From contig OX597822.1 in NCBI GenBank assembly GCA_951406725.2, positions 61,194,001 to 61,258,000 of the forward strand: a stretch of 64,000 nt of DNA, read 5' to 3'. The DNA comes from Octopus vulgaris (lineage: Eukaryota). Below the pieces are notes generated by a model. The model worked only from the letters and a program-made list of their open reading frames with translations, ran no database searches and had not been told where the DNA came from. Shown in pieces: positions 45,428 to 60,659 of this stretch; within the stretch, counting starts at the first letter, position 1; each line of letters opens with the position of its first letter. The translations under genes were made by a program, and so were the position numbers.

Positions 45428-46600
<1,173 letters not shown>

Positions 46601-47632
46601 TTAAGTTGAATGTATATAAATAAAGACATTTCTGTAAAAATGTTTACTAACGTTCATTCCCACACCAAAAATACAAAAAAAAAACAAAACAAAACAAAAC
46701 TTATATTAAGTTATTTCTAAAACGTTCTTTAAAAAAAAAGAACGCCAAATGGATTTTTTGTTGAAGAAAAAGACATTCTAGTGATTTCTGTACACCAGAT
46801 AAACAATTTGTAGAGTTTCCAAACTCAGAGAAATTTTAATCTAAGGTTACAAATTATACTATAAGATTCAAGCTACAGATTACATTGTATGGCCTAATAT
46901 TACAAGTTCCTCATGGAAAGTAAAGTTGAATATGTTAAATTTAAGGTGTAAGTTCTTCTCATAGATTTAATTTCTTTTCGTAGCATTTCAAATATATTTC
47001 ACAGAGAAAATTCAGTAATCTCGATTGATTCACTCATAATGTGACAATTTGACCGTCTTTACTTAAGTACTGGAGTACCTTAATTTCTATGTTTGGCATC
47101 TATGACTATGGTGTGGGTTGTTCAGTTGCTTAAACCTATCAAGTTTAAACTCATAACTTTGCTCAGGATACCAAGAGGCAAGGCTGCCAACGTACAGAAT
47201 TAAATCTTTTCCATATGAATAACAGATGCAGTGAAGCATGGGGCAGAACCACCAACACCAAACAGTTTCAAAATGTGGAAATGGATAATGGCAACGAAAC
47301 ATGTTTGCCAGACATCATCCTGATAATAAATCCGTAAAGAAAGTTCAAAACTACTACTCACATCACTTTCTTTCTGGAATTCTTACACGTAACACTACTA
47401 CTAGAATCCAACCAAGGCTATAGTAGAAGACACTTGCCCAAGGTGCCACGCAGTGGGACTGAACCCGGAACCATGTGGTTGGTAAGCAAGCTACTTATCA
47501 CACATCTACCCCTGCGCCTTTAGAAACATTACACCGTAAAAGAAACAACTAACAAAATAAATATATAGAGAAATAAAATTAATAATAAAATAATTGAAAA
47601 AAAAAAGAAAACAAAAGCAAAAATTCTCCTAC

Positions 47633-47855
47633 CGACAACTGTTGGTTCCAAATCTACAAATACAGCCCGAGGGACGTGTTTTCCAGCACCAGTTTCACGG
47701 AAAAAAGTGTTGAAGGAATCATCACCTCCAGGTATAAACGTATCAACTGGCATCTGGCCATTCGGTTGAATTCCATGTTCCAGACAATAGAGTTCCCAGC
47801 AGGCGTTACCAATTTGTACTCCAGCCTGTCCAACATGGATACTGATACACTCCCT
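47633..47855 (-). CDS. TUBA: Alpha-tubulin gene B, exon 2 (223 nt)
   Basis: Minus-strand TTCAG acceptor, then [12 protein letters not shown]...[26 protein letters not shown]...EPTVV. GTAGGA donor at 47632. Same exon length and phase as gene A. Confidence 0.96.
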
Positions 47856-48314
47856 CTGAAGAAAAAGATATGAAATAAACAATGATCTTGCATCTTATAT
47901 ATACACTACAATATATACATATGTATGTATGTATGCATGTATGTATGTATGTATGTATGTATGTATGTATGTATGTATGTATGTATGTATGTATGTATGT
48001 ATGTATGTATGTATGTATGTATGTATGTGTGTATATATGTATATATATGTGTGTATATATATATATGCATTCAAAGCAATGATTTGTAAATTCACGAAAC
48101 CAGTATGCTTTTGAATCTCTTTAACAATCCACATTAATGACTTTTATTACTCTTATTCCTACCTCAGTTCATCTAATTGTATATATCTATCGTTACTTTT
48201 CATAAAAAGCCTTTACATTTTTTGATTTCCAATGTGCATTTTCGCTTATTTTTCTTCTTACTTTCCCCTTACATTTCCATGTGTAGTTTCTATTTTCTTT
48301 GTGTAACATATTTC

Positions 48315-48346
<32 letters not shown>

Positions 48347-48360
48347 TGTATGTATGTATG

Positions 48361-48447
<87 letters not shown>

Positions 48448-50412
48448 ATGTGTGTGTAATTTCATCTAGTTTCAGCTCACAAGCTGTGGTCATGCTTGGG
48501 TATGGGTACAGGACATAAACGTGGACAGAATGAGAAACTAGAACATAAAAAGCAAAAACATAGAAAACGAACTTTTTTGAACAACGAAAAAAGCAAACAA
48601 CCAGAGAAACGAGACAGGCAACATAAAGAACATTCCTTTCATCAGTTGTCCCCCGTTTTATCTATCCCGCGTTTCGAAGGGAATATATATATGTATGTAT
48701 GCATGTATGTATGTATGTATGTATGTATGTATGTATGTATGTATGTATGTATGTATGTATGTATGTATGTATGTATGTATGTATGTATATATGCTTGCAT
48801 ACATAAATGCATTTATGTATGCAAGCATATGTACACATGTATGTATACATACATACACACATACATACATCTGTGTGTGTTTGTATGTGTGTATGTGTGT
48901 ATGTGTATGTGTGTGTGTGTGGTGGTCTGTGTGTATGTGTTTGTGTGTAAATATGTGTGCTAATCAGCTCCAAAGTTACAAAAGGGGCTCAGAAGCTGAG
49001 AGCTTCGTGCATGGCACTTACGAAACTCTTACAGACAAAGAGTTTACGAAACTCTTACAGACGAACTGTTTATTGAAGTTAAGTGAATTAAGAAAGCCAC
49101 AGAGTACAGTTTGTTAAAATTTATATCAATTAATTTGCTTCTAATATACTCCAAACCACTTAATTTTCGTTCACTACTTGTTCAATTAAATGAGGAGCCA
49201 AGAGAGGAAGAATGGAAGAGAAACAAAATTACTATTAGCTTTTTACATCAGGTTGCTTTGAAATTTAGGTGATGTTCTCACTCCATTTACTGGTATTTGT
49301 CGATTACAATGTCGAAGGTTCCAGTTGATCCGATCGACGGAACAGCCTGCTCGTGAAATTAACGTGCAAGTAGCTGAGCACTCCATAGACATGCGTGCAC
49401 TTAACGCAGTTCTCAGCAAGATTCAGTGTGATACAAAATGTGACGAAGCTGGCCCTTAGAAATGCAGGTACTACTCATTTTTGCAAGCTGAGTGAACTGG
49501 AGCAACAAGAAATAGTAAATTGCTCAAGGACACAACGCGCTATCGGATATCGAACTCACGAACTTACGATCGTGAGCCGAATATCCTAACCACCAAGCCA
49601 TACGTCTTCACATTTTCACTCTAAAAAAAAAAAAAAAGTCACAGCCTACCAGTAGGTTTTCAAACAAAAACCTGTTTAGAAGAAATTTTGTTCTCACAAA
49701 AGTTTAAGAAAAAAAAAATTAACAAAGAATGTACAATGGCTATACAATAGATTTATCGACAGTTAGAAAGATCAAGAACATCTGTGGTCCTGTAACGATT
49801 TATCGTTGTTGTTTTTCAAACTAGGAATACAGAATTTTATGCTTAAATATTAACTATAATCTATAAAAACAAATTACTATGTGAAATGAGTGATATGGAT
49901 TATAACAATCCGTACTGTATTGCTTTCTTAATTCACTTAACTTATATAAATAGTAGGTCTAAAAGGCTCTTTTGTTTCTTCTGCTAGTATGAATAAGAGA
50001 CTGTAACTATTCTGGGGCTCCAGCAGTTAGAGTCCCCTTTCTTTCTAATTTATGAAATTTCAAGACAATAGAGTCCAAAACGAGGCTTTAAATGAATTAT
50101 AAAATTATAGACTTATTAATTGTGAGTTGACATGTTTAATTCAGTAGACCGCAAATAATTTTTAATCCATTAAAATTACTCTCATAATGGAAAGAAAATT
50201 GCAATAACTTTGAAGGATTAAGTCAAACAGATGGAACCCAGGATTTATTTTTAGGTCTGGTACTTACCCTATCGGGCCCTTTTGCCGAACAACTGAGTTA
50301 CAAGGGCGTACACAAATCAGCAGTGGTTGTCAAGCAGTGATGGGGGTACAACCACAACACAGACACAGAGTCACATATACAGTTACACACTCAAACACAC
50401 TCACACACGCAC

Positions 50413-50487
<75 letters not shown>

Positions 50488-51218
50488 TAGATATGTGCGA
50501 CAGGCTTCTTTTAGTTTCTGTCTGTTAAATCGATATCCATTAGTCTTTCGTTAAGCCGGGGCTACACCAGAAAACACTGGCTCAAAGTGCCGCACAATGA
50601 AAATAAAAAAATAAATCTGTCCTTTTAAAGCCTAGCCAGGCTCATGGTTTCAATGGCGTATGTGTTCTCCAGCTGGACGGGACGCCAGTCTATCGCAGCG
50701 TTACTCATTTTGCCAGCTGAGTGGACTGGAACAACGTGAAATGAAGTGTCCAGTCCAGGAATCGAAACCACAACCTTACGATCATGAGTTCAACACCCTA
50801 ACCACTAAGCCACGCGCCTCTACGCCGCACAATGAAACTGAACCCAAAACACCTGGTTGGGAAGCAAGCTTCTTACCCGCAGAGCCACGCCTAAAGATTT
50901 TATTGCGCCAAGCATTTTATTGTAACTGCCCGCATTCGTTCATTAAGACAAAGAACCGGAACAGGAAGAAAGAATAGTTAGAAAACAAAGTTATTTCTAT
51001 CATGTTACATGAGTGTGGTTTGATATTTTGATGGGTGTCTTACTCTACACAAGAAAAGGAAGTCGTAGGCAGTCAGTGGCATTTTCGAACGAAAATTTCT
51101 TTAGAAATATTTGTTCCTATTAAAGTTTGTCGAATAAGCAATTCACAACGGCTAAATGGCAGAGAAAACCTAAAATTTCAAGTACTATTATAATTTATTG
51201 TTTTTACTTTTAAGTGAA

Positions 51219-51552
51219 GGCGCATGGCTCAGTGGTTAGAGCGTCGAGCTTACGATCGTGAGGTTGTGAGCTCGAATCACGGACCGGGCTGCGTGTTGTG
51301 TTCTTGAGCAAGACACTTTATTTCACGTTGCTCCAGTTAACTCAGCTGTAGAAATGAGTTGCGACGTCACGGGTGCCAAGCTGTATCGGCTGCTACCTTT
51401 CCCTTGGATAACACGGGTGGCGTGAAGAGGGGAGTCCGGTATGCATGGGCGACTGCTGGTCTTCCATAAAATCACCTTGCCCAGACTTGTGACTAAGAGG
51501 GTAACTTTCTAGGTGCAATCCCATAGTCAGTGTCGTGACCGAAGGGGGTCCC
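51219..51552 (+). mobile_element. tRNA-derived SINE (family 3, CORE-like)
   Basis: GGCGCATGGCTCAGTGGTTAGAGCG (A box) ... GAGCTCGAATC (B-box-like) ... GTGTTCTTGAGCAAGACACTTTATTTCACGTTGCTCCAG core. Related heads with other tails on the minus strand near 30965-31155, 49308-49610, 50618-50820, 56695-56995, 1915-2150 and 36970-37147. Confidence 0.8.
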
Positions 51553-52609
51553 GATCCCCCTAAATTCGACTTTTTAAAACTGGGAATATAGCGCTTTGTA
51601 CAGAAATGTCAGTTTCTATTGGTGTCCTTTTTTAGCAAATTGTACTGCATAGTGATTTTTAAGTAATTTAATATATATATCTATATATCTATATCTATAT
51701 ATATATATATATTAGATTGTTAGATAGATTCATTAGTTTTTTTTTTTATCCCCTACCCACAATTTATTTTTTAATCCTTGTGTGTCTGTGTTTGTCTCCC
51801 AACATAGCTTGACAACCGATGGTGGTGTGTTTACGTCCCCGTAACTTAGCGGTTCGGCAAAAGGGTTCGATAGAATAAGTACTAGGCTTCCAAAGAATAA
51901 GTCCTAGGGTCGATTTGCTCGACTAAAGGCGGTGGTCCAGCATGGCTGCAGTCAAATGACTGAAACAAGTAAAAGAGAGTAAAAGAGAGTAATGGTATTT
52001 GGATTAACATAAAATATTTTTAACCTAATGTTTTATTGTTGTTTATTTTGTTCTTCTTTTTTGTTTCTCTATCCTTCCTCCACAACTTTTGTTTATTGTT
52101 TTCGAAATTTGAATAAATTTTACCTCTTTTCAGACAAGTGACGTCGGAGTGCCAAGTTGAAAAAAAAACATATCAATAAAAAAACGAACGAATTTATCCG
52201 ACAACCCAATATACGCCCCCCCACACACACACACTACCACAACTAAAGCATAAGACCATAAACATTTTGGTGATACGATAAAGTTTTTGTTGTGGTTTCC
52301 TAGTTTCTCCCAACAGAAATTCGGTGTTGCAATTCGAGCTGAAGAAGCAGATTAGCTTTAATTCGAATTCAATTGAAAGTTGAAACTTCTGATAGAAAGA
52401 GGCCGAAGGGGACCGTACCTCGGGCAAGCTTGCTGAGTAATTTATATTCAATTTGGAATATGGTTTCACGTTAAAACCAACTGGTTTCATTGTAACCAGT
52501 TAGGTATAATCGATTATATCGACTCCAGTATTTGATTGATACTTACTTTACTGACCACGAAGCCACGACAAATAAAGCTGACCTCAGCGATGTAAAAGCT
52601 CAATATATA

Positions 52610-52941
52610 GGCGCAGGAGTGGCTTTGTGGTAAGTAGCTTGCTTACCAACCACATGGTTCCGGGTTCATTCCCACTGCGTGGCACCATAGGCAAGTGTCT
52701 TCTACTATATCCCCGGGCCCACCAAAGCCTTGTGAGTGGATTTGGTAGACGGAAACTGGAAGAAGCCCGTCGTATATATGTATATATATGTATGTGTGTA
52801 TATGTTTGTGTGTCTGTGTTTGTCACCCACCATTGCTTGACAACCGATGGTGGTGCGTTTACGTCCCCGTAACTTAGCGGTTCAGCACAAAAGATTGATA
52901 GAATAAGTACTAGGCTTACAAAGAATAAGTCCTGGGGTCGA
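52610..52941 (+). mobile_element. tRNA-derived SINE (family 2, CORE-like, internal microsatellite)
   Basis: GGCGCAGGAGTGGCTTTGTGGTAAG...GGGTTCATTCCC head, GGCAAGTGTCTTCTACTATA core, internal (TA/TG)n, then GATAGAATAAGTACTAGGCTTACAAAGAATAAGTCC. Confidence 0.85.
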
Positions 52942-53347
52942 GAATATAAAGACAAATTCTCGCAGATGTGTGTAACTTTCGTACACACACACTCTCTCTC
53001 TCTCTCTCCCACCCTCTCTCTCTCTCTCACACACACAAATGCTTAAACTTGATTGAATGTTTAAACTTAATTGGTATACGTTCGTCTAGAAAAAATATGG
53101 AGATTAACAGAGAAACGATAAAGAATGTAAAGATCATATACTATTTCCTCTTTCTTTCTCATTTGTAAAAATTAAAAAAGTGAGAATCCAAAACGAGACT
53201 TTGAATGAATCATAGCATTATAGGCTTACTAATTAAGTATGAGTTGACATATTTAATTCAGTAGACCCTAAATAATTTTTTTAATCTATTAAAATTACGC
53301 TCATAATGAAAAGAAGTTATGATAATTCATGTCAAAAAGGTGCTGGC

Positions 53348-53380
<33 letters not shown>

Positions 53381-53395
53381 GCGGGGAAGAGCGCG

Positions 53396-53439
<44 letters not shown>

Positions 53440-53870
53440 TTGAATAAATTTTACCTCTTTTCAGACAACTGACATTGGAGTCAATAATGAATCTCTGAAC
53501 GAGATGTAAACAGTAACTGCACGACAATGTGAGGTATACTAGCCATCCCTTTGTGGTTAGCCATATTGAGATGGCTAGTATACCTCACATTGACATTGGA
53601 GTGCCAAGGTGAAAAAAACAAAACAATAAAAAAACGAACGAATTTATCTGACAACCCAATATACACACGCGCGCGCACACACACACACACGCACGCACGC
53701 AAACACACACGTATCAAACCCAAATGTCAATTGCTAAAAAGCATTCGTGAAGTAAAATTATGTAGCAACACCAAATGGCGGTGCCCCGGCATGGCGACAG
53801 CTCATGAGCTGAAACTAGATGATATATATATATATGTATATATATATATATCGAGAGAGAGAGAGGTAGG

Positions 53871-53907
<37 letters not shown>

Positions 53908-55056
53908 TTAGAAATTTAAATGGATTTAAATTCAAAGGAAGATGTGTAGTGGGGTAGTAGGTCTACTCTTTGGTAAGTAAGGTGACGTGTTGCGGTCTCC
54001 GTTTGTGTTTTGGTCTCCGAATATGTTTTGGCCACTGGACGTCGTTTGGTTTTATTAGAACTCTTCAGAGACGTATAGATAAACGTGTTCGCTACTGATC
54101 ATGCTATTTAAAATTGACGTTTGAAAATTTCTTAGGGATACCATCTGCATGAAGAACATATAATTAAGTGTGGAATAATATACTTAATATAGTGGTAATC
54201 TTTTTATTCTGCTCTATGTGGGTATATTGTTAGAAATCCGAATATTGTGATAATCATCACGAGAGATTGCTATTTGTTATTAATACTGCTTCCGTCACTA
54301 ATATTTGTTACTTAATATTGTGATCCAAAAATAATTTTTAATCAACTGAAACTTCACCCGAAAATGCGAATAAGTTAACGACAATTCATATGAAAGAAAT
54401 CAAGGGAGCGAATTCTGGGATTCAAACCGGTTATAAATTAATTGATTTACTAACCAGACACCTGGTACTATACATAGACAGACATACTTTATACAGATCT
54501 TCTAGGTATCAGGTTTTGTGTAAGTTACAGTTTGTTATATTAAGTATGTTATCATTATCATAGTCTAATGAAAAAGAAAAGTGAAAGAATTTACATCTCG
54601 GTCTCTATCATACCAGACGTCATCTGTCTGTCTGGCAATGCCCCAAACTCCATGCTGTGCCAGACGGATGGATAGACTAAATTCCTACGGAAGGAACAAA
54701 AAGTTCACAACCGACTGAACTCAACTAAATCCAAAAAATACTGCTGGTACTCTTTTAATTCAAGCACGAATGTATGAAAATCAAGGCTGTTTTCTTCGGT
54801 GAAATTCAAAATTGGGACGTAGAAAGGTGGAGACATAATTTTGAACATAAGCACAAGGTCACAAATGTTTGTAAAGTAGTACAATAAATTAAATTAGCAT
54901 CAGTATTTGATCTTTTCTTTGTTTCAGTCGTTGTTTGATCTTCTCCTTGCTTCAGTCATTAGACGGCGGCCATGTTAGGGAACCGCTAGAAATCAAATCG
55001 ACTTCAGTACTTATGTAACGGTATGTTTTAGGATATGTGTTGAAGTCGGAGGTTAC

Positions 55057-55059
55057 CAT
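55057..55059 (-). CDS. TUBA: Candidate ATG-only exon 1 of tubulin gene B
   Basis: Minus strand reads ...catctacaacatcaacaccagttacaa-ATG|GTAACC within non-repetitive A/C-rich sequence resembling a 5' UTR. An alternative ATG|GTAAGG lies at 59421-59423. Cannot be resolved without transcripts. Confidence 0.3.
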
Positions 55060-57084
55060 TTGTAACTGGTGTTGATGTTGTAGATGTGCAAGATGAAAGA
55101 ACCGTGATCGAAGATGTAAACAAACATTTATTAACCGTTACTTTGTATATAGCCAAGCCACAAGGTGCTGGTGTTATACAATTCGTAAAGCACGCGAAAT
55201 AAAGAGAGATATTGTAGATTATCCTCGTATAGTTTGTATTTGTGCTCTCGTCATTGTAGCAGCAGGGACAAAGATAGATAGAGTGATGTTGCAGAGAAAA
55301 GAAAGTGAGCTAGTGAAAGTGAAAGTACTGGGACGAAGCAACTGCTTCGTTGGTGAGTTACCACAGTTGTCCCTCTGTACCTTTTCGTTCAGAGACGGCA
55401 TTTCGTTCTGCCGGTCAGCCAGACTCATTGGCTTACGGAGTTCTTGTATTTATAACTATACAAAACTAGTTAGAAAAATAGGTGTATTGCAGAGAACAAT
55501 AGATATTCTTTAGGGGTCTGTTATTTCAATTCAACTTTTGGTGATATAGAAGAGGTCAAAAGGGTTAAGTGGCAAAGACATAAATCGGCTTAGCGAAGCC
55601 ATGTGTTCATTGTAACTGCTGTCACTATTGATGTTCTGTGAGAAAAGTGCTGTTGAAATATTATAGGAAATTTGCCGATTCAGGTTCGAATCTACTCTAT
55701 GCCTAAATGAAGTCACTACTCTCATTTTTTAAGTCGGGTTCATATTCTATGCCGAACAGCCAAGTTACAGGGACGTAGACAAGCCAACACTATTTGTCAA
55801 ACGTGGTTAAGAAACACCAACATATACACACACATACGACAGGTTACCACCCAGTTTCAGTCCACCAAATTCTCTCACAAGGCATTTGGTTGATCTAGGT
55901 CTATAGTAGAAGACACTTGCTCGAGGTACTGTGCAGTGGGACTGAATCCGAAAACGTGGTTGCAAAGCGAGATTCTTAACTACACTAACATGTCTACGCA
56001 TATGAGTACTTTATTTTATCATTTCTTGAAAGATGAAAGCCAAATTGGATCTCAGCGGTATTTAAATTCACCAGAACTAAGTAATGTATTTTAAAGCTGA
56101 CGACTTATCTCATCCTACACTTGCCGAAAAATAATGATCCCATCACCACCACCACTACACTGTTAAGGTCACGAAGTTATGAAAGTGCACATATTAGGAT
56201 AGACTTTAATATACGACTGGTATTTATTTTACCAATATTGGAGAAACATCAATAGGGAAATCTAATTTTGCTAGTAGAAAATGAACTCAAAATACAAAGT
56301 ATGATGATGGCGGAAGCAACAATGAAAGAGTACCACTTTAGAGTACGATATACCAGGCCATTTAGAATTTAGCGTACAATTTAACCCTAACCCTAACTTA
56401 TAACCTCAATCCTTAAGCCCAAAACCTAATCCAAAACGTTAATCCTACTCCTAACCCAGATCAGGTCATTTCACAGCATAGACTACGGATACGGTGGTAG
56501 AAAGGCACGCTAATGTAACACCAACTAAAGACTAAAATGCTTATTTCGGTGCTGTTCTTTTTCCGCTGCACTACATTCTCCAAATACTACTCCATTCCTG
56601 ACAACGGCTCAAGGCTGCAAATTTATAATGAGGAGTGGAGTATCCAGTCGATTGAAACGATTCAGTATTTAGCTGGTATTTATTTTAAAAAAAACTGGCA
56701 CTCCGTCGGTTACGACGACGAGGATTCCAGTTGATCCAATCAAAAGAATAGCTTGCTCGTGAAATTAACGTACAAGTGGCTGAACACTCCACCGACACGT
56801 GTACCTTTAACATAGCTCTCAGGGAGATTCAGCGTGAAACAGAATGTGACAAGGCTGGCCCTTTGAAATACAGGTACTAATCATTTTTGCCAGATGAATG
56901 AACAGGAACAACGTGAAATAAATCGCCGCCAGTAATCGAACTCACAACCTTACGATCGTAAACCGAATACCCTAGTCGCTAAGCCATGCGCCTTCACACA
57001 ATAGTTATTAGGTATTTAACAGTAATCAAACACTGGTGCGGAGGGAGATCGACGAAACTAACAGAATTTAAACTCAATATTGTA

Positions 57085-57292
57085 CGAGGGGTGGCTGAAA
57101 AGTTTCTGGCTTTACGGGTGTCACAAAAGATGTGGTTGGAGGCCCAACCTTCCGAGTTATTTTACAGGGCTTAGAAAAACTGAAGGACGCTGCAATAACT
57201 GTGTAAGAGGGGAATATGTTGAATAAAATCGTATTTAATTGATCCTCATGTATTTTCTTTTACCCAAAGCTAGGAACTTTTCAGCACTGTCG
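57085..57292 (+). mobile_element. Mariner-derived MITE with TA target duplication
   Basis: TA|CGAGGGGTGGCTGAAAAGTTTCTGGCTTT ... AAAGCTAGGAACTTTTCAGCACTGTCG|TA imperfect TIRs. Internal GGGGAATATGTTGAATAA (GEYVE*), typical of a mariner transposase 3' end. Confidence 0.8.
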
Positions 57293-57856
57293 TAAAGTAT
57301 GGAGTTATCGGTAGCCAACCAATTCTTATTCAGGGATTACTATTTAACATAATTTCCCCCGAAGAATCATAGATGTCGCCACCGTTTTACATTATGTTAT
57401 AATTCATTTATTTTTAGAAGAGTGCAAGGGACTAAGAGCATATGGAGTAAATCAGAAAACTCAATGATTTCTAAGGAGTCTCTAGGAGGCTCTTTGAAAA
57501 TTGTTGGTCGTGAGTCAACGTAGGAGTCTCTACGCTGTTGTTCGACTGGTTGGTCGTGAGTCAACGTAGGAGACTTCGACTGGCTAGAAACAGAAACTAA
57601 AATTCTATGAAATCACACTTCAGCGTCTGAAATGACTGAAACTAATATTTTTAGCAGTTCGAGTAACTACGTTAAAGGCACCCACTTTCTCTTCAATGAC
57701 ATGCTGTGTAAAAAACACAATATGTATCGGGACGAGGCGAACATTGTCGCAGCAGTGATTCACGAGAACGACGGGCATATTTTACTCTGTTTGGGGCTTG
57801 TCAATGCTGTGCACCAATTTGTCACAAGCTAGGATGAAATACATGCATCAATACTC

Positions 57857-58236
57857 GTGTGGTAAGTAGCTTGTTTACCAACTACATGGTTCCGGGTTCA
57901 GTCCAACTGCGTGGCACCTTGGGCAAGTATCTTCTACTATAGCCTCGGGTCGACCAAAGCCTTGTGAGTGGATTTGGTAGACGGAAACTGAAAGAAGTTC
58001 GTCGTATATATGTATACATATATATGTGTGCATATGCTTGTGTGTCTGTGTTTGTCCCCCAACATCGCTTGACAACCGATGCTGGTGTGTTTACGTCCCC
58101 GTAACTTAGCGGTTCGGCAAAAGAAACCGATAGAATAAATACTAGGCTTACAAAGAATAAGTCCTGGGGTCGATTTGCTTGACTAAAGGCGGTGCTCCAG
58201 CATGGTCACAGTCAAATGACTGAAGCAAGTAAAAAA
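57857..58236 (+). mobile_element. Family-2 SINE, nearly complete copy
   Basis: Colinear with 52610-52941 and continues to CCAGCATGGTCACAGTCAAATGACTGAAGCAAGTAAAA. Other fragments near 9210-9412, 10135-10345, 23050-23580, 47415-47520, 50200-50600, 51780-51990 and 55745-56000. Confidence 0.85.
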
Positions 58237-59228
58237 GTTTGATACATATATGGCAATATTAATATGAATTCAACTTTGCCTTTCATCCTTTCGGACGATC
58301 TAATCGACTGGCCCCTTGCCCCAAAATTTCGGGCCTAGTACCTAGAGTAGAAAAGGATTTTAATATGAATTCTGTTTCAGTTGCATTCACTGAGTTAGAT
58401 AGAACTTTCATTGAAAGAAATCCTACTGTCTGAGGATTCTCTCCCCAATTGTCTGTGTGAAGCATTTCAAACTTTATAATACCTACAGTGTAACTCTTAC
58501 TCAACAAATGCATTGAGTAGCAAAAGATGCTGGACCTTGTGTTACGCATGTTCACGAAGAGAACAGTGAAAGCTTCTCTTCTGTGAAAGGCAAAAAGGTG
58601 GTGCAGAAGGCGAGGGAGACCTGTCAAGATCTGGTTGTGGGTAAGAACCTAGTAAAGGTTCGGCTTGGGAGTAGGTTCATGACAGGGCTTGCAATTGGAC
58701 AAGAGGAAGATCTCTCATCATCCGATGCCCCACAGAGAAGAAGAGGAACTATAACTAAGTTTACGACTAAGACCGAAATACTGACTGCCACTTAAAAGGT
58801 CTCACTGCCAGTGCCTGCTTGATTCTAACCGGGAAGACACTTAAGTAGGTGGAAATCCGTTAAAAAAAAGGAAAAACAAAGATTTTTTATGGCTTAGTCA
58901 GATAAGGAAGAGCAGAATCTATGATCTTTTTTTTGTAAAGCCTCTGAGACTAAGAGGGGAAAGGGAAAAAGGAATCAGGTCTCATGGGTAGCTGCAGAAG
59001 GAAACGGTGTATCAAAATACCAAATTATCAGCAAGAGAGGAGGCTTGGCCTGAATACTTGAAACAGAGTGGAGTGTGGAGTCTAACTCTACAGAAGGCAC
59101 CAAAGGGCCAGGTGGTGGGTGGTAGTGGTGGTGGTATTAAACATGGTGACGAAATAAAATGTTAGATGCCATGTTGCCTGTAGAACATTGTACTTCCAAA
59201 ATTTACAGCGAGGCTAGAAATACCATCC

Positions 59229-59302
<74 letters not shown>

Positions 59303-59503
59303 TGCCCGGTGTCTTCTGCCATTGTTTGACGAATGTTCAATTAATCAGGCGTCCATGTTCATAGGTTAGTATGTAACGACTAAAAGGCTACAACCGAATA
59401 ATTATAATCACACGCCTTACCATCTATCGAGAACTTTTTCTCTTGATAGATATAAGCAATATCTCCCGCGCTCTCTCTCTTCCGTCTCTTTATCTGTCTA
59501 TCT

Positions 59504-59557
<54 letters not shown>

Positions 59558-60214
59558 ATATGTATATATATATATACTTGTGTGTGTGTGTGTGTGTATG
59601 AGAGAGAGAGAAGAGAGACAGAGACAGACAGATAAATAGATTGATAGATAGATAGAGAGAGAGAGAGAGAGAAAGAGGGAGAGAGAGAGAGAAAGAGAGG
59701 GAGGGAGAGAGAGAGAGAGAGAAGAGAAAAGTAGATTGCAACAGAAAAAAAATATATATATAACACGAATGTTAAAGGAAGCGCCTTAAACATTTAGCTC
59801 CCTTCTGCTTAAAAGGGCGGAAAGCAAGTACGCAAAGACTTCCCTCTACGAAGGTAAAAAAAAAGAAAAAAAAAAGAAAAAAAAGAAAGAATAATCTCTT
59901 GAATCATAAATAAATGAGTTTCAGAGAGTATGGTAGACGGTTGCGGCGGGGATGGTGTATAGCTTGTGGAACAGCTGGCGACTAACATTGGCATACACAA
60001 CGAACTTTTTCAGTTAGATTCCTGAAGATACATAAAAGAATCAGAATGAGATGATGGAAAGCTGTGTCGGCATTGGCATTGTGGGACAGTAAAGGTGGGG
60101 GGGGGGGGTGTTTGTGGTGGTGGTGGTGGAGGGGACGTTAGATCTGGAGGAATTGTAGAGTAAAGGTGTTAGTATTGGTAGTGTTGGTGATGTCGTATTT
60201 GTGAATCTGATGAA

Positions 60215-60235
60215 ATCTATACATATAAAGCTGAA

Positions 60236-60270
<35 letters not shown>

Positions 60271-60659
60271 GCAGGTTTGGTAGCCTTCAACTAACACTAT
60301 CTCCTCTGAGACCCTGCGGCGCAAGTTGACCAAAATTGAGAGTATGATAGAAGAAGCCTTGCTCTTCATTCCGTAGAAGAAAAAATTCAAATCGGACCAT
60401 GTTAAGACCAAAAATTATTTACATCTAAAAGGTGCTTTTTTTCTATGAAAATCCTTATTTTTTAACGATTTTTTGACTGCTGTGTCGCCATTTTTCGGTG
60501 TATTTCAACCAGAAAAATGTTCACTTAAAGAGAATAACAAGCTACATAATGCAAAACTTTTACTTTTCAAAAAAGAACTTTGTTAACGCGACATCAAAGT
60601 CTGCAGTTTTAAGCGCAACTAAAAAACAAACCCGAGCAACGCCGGGCTATACTGCTAGT
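60215..60659 (-). mobile_element. Second copy of the Helitron/Helentron-like repeat
   Basis: Reverse complement is colinear with 21968-22347 (e.g. CTCTCAATTTTGGTCAACTTGCG, GATAGTGTTAGTTGAAGGCTACCAAACCTGCCATACACA). Confidence 0.6.
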
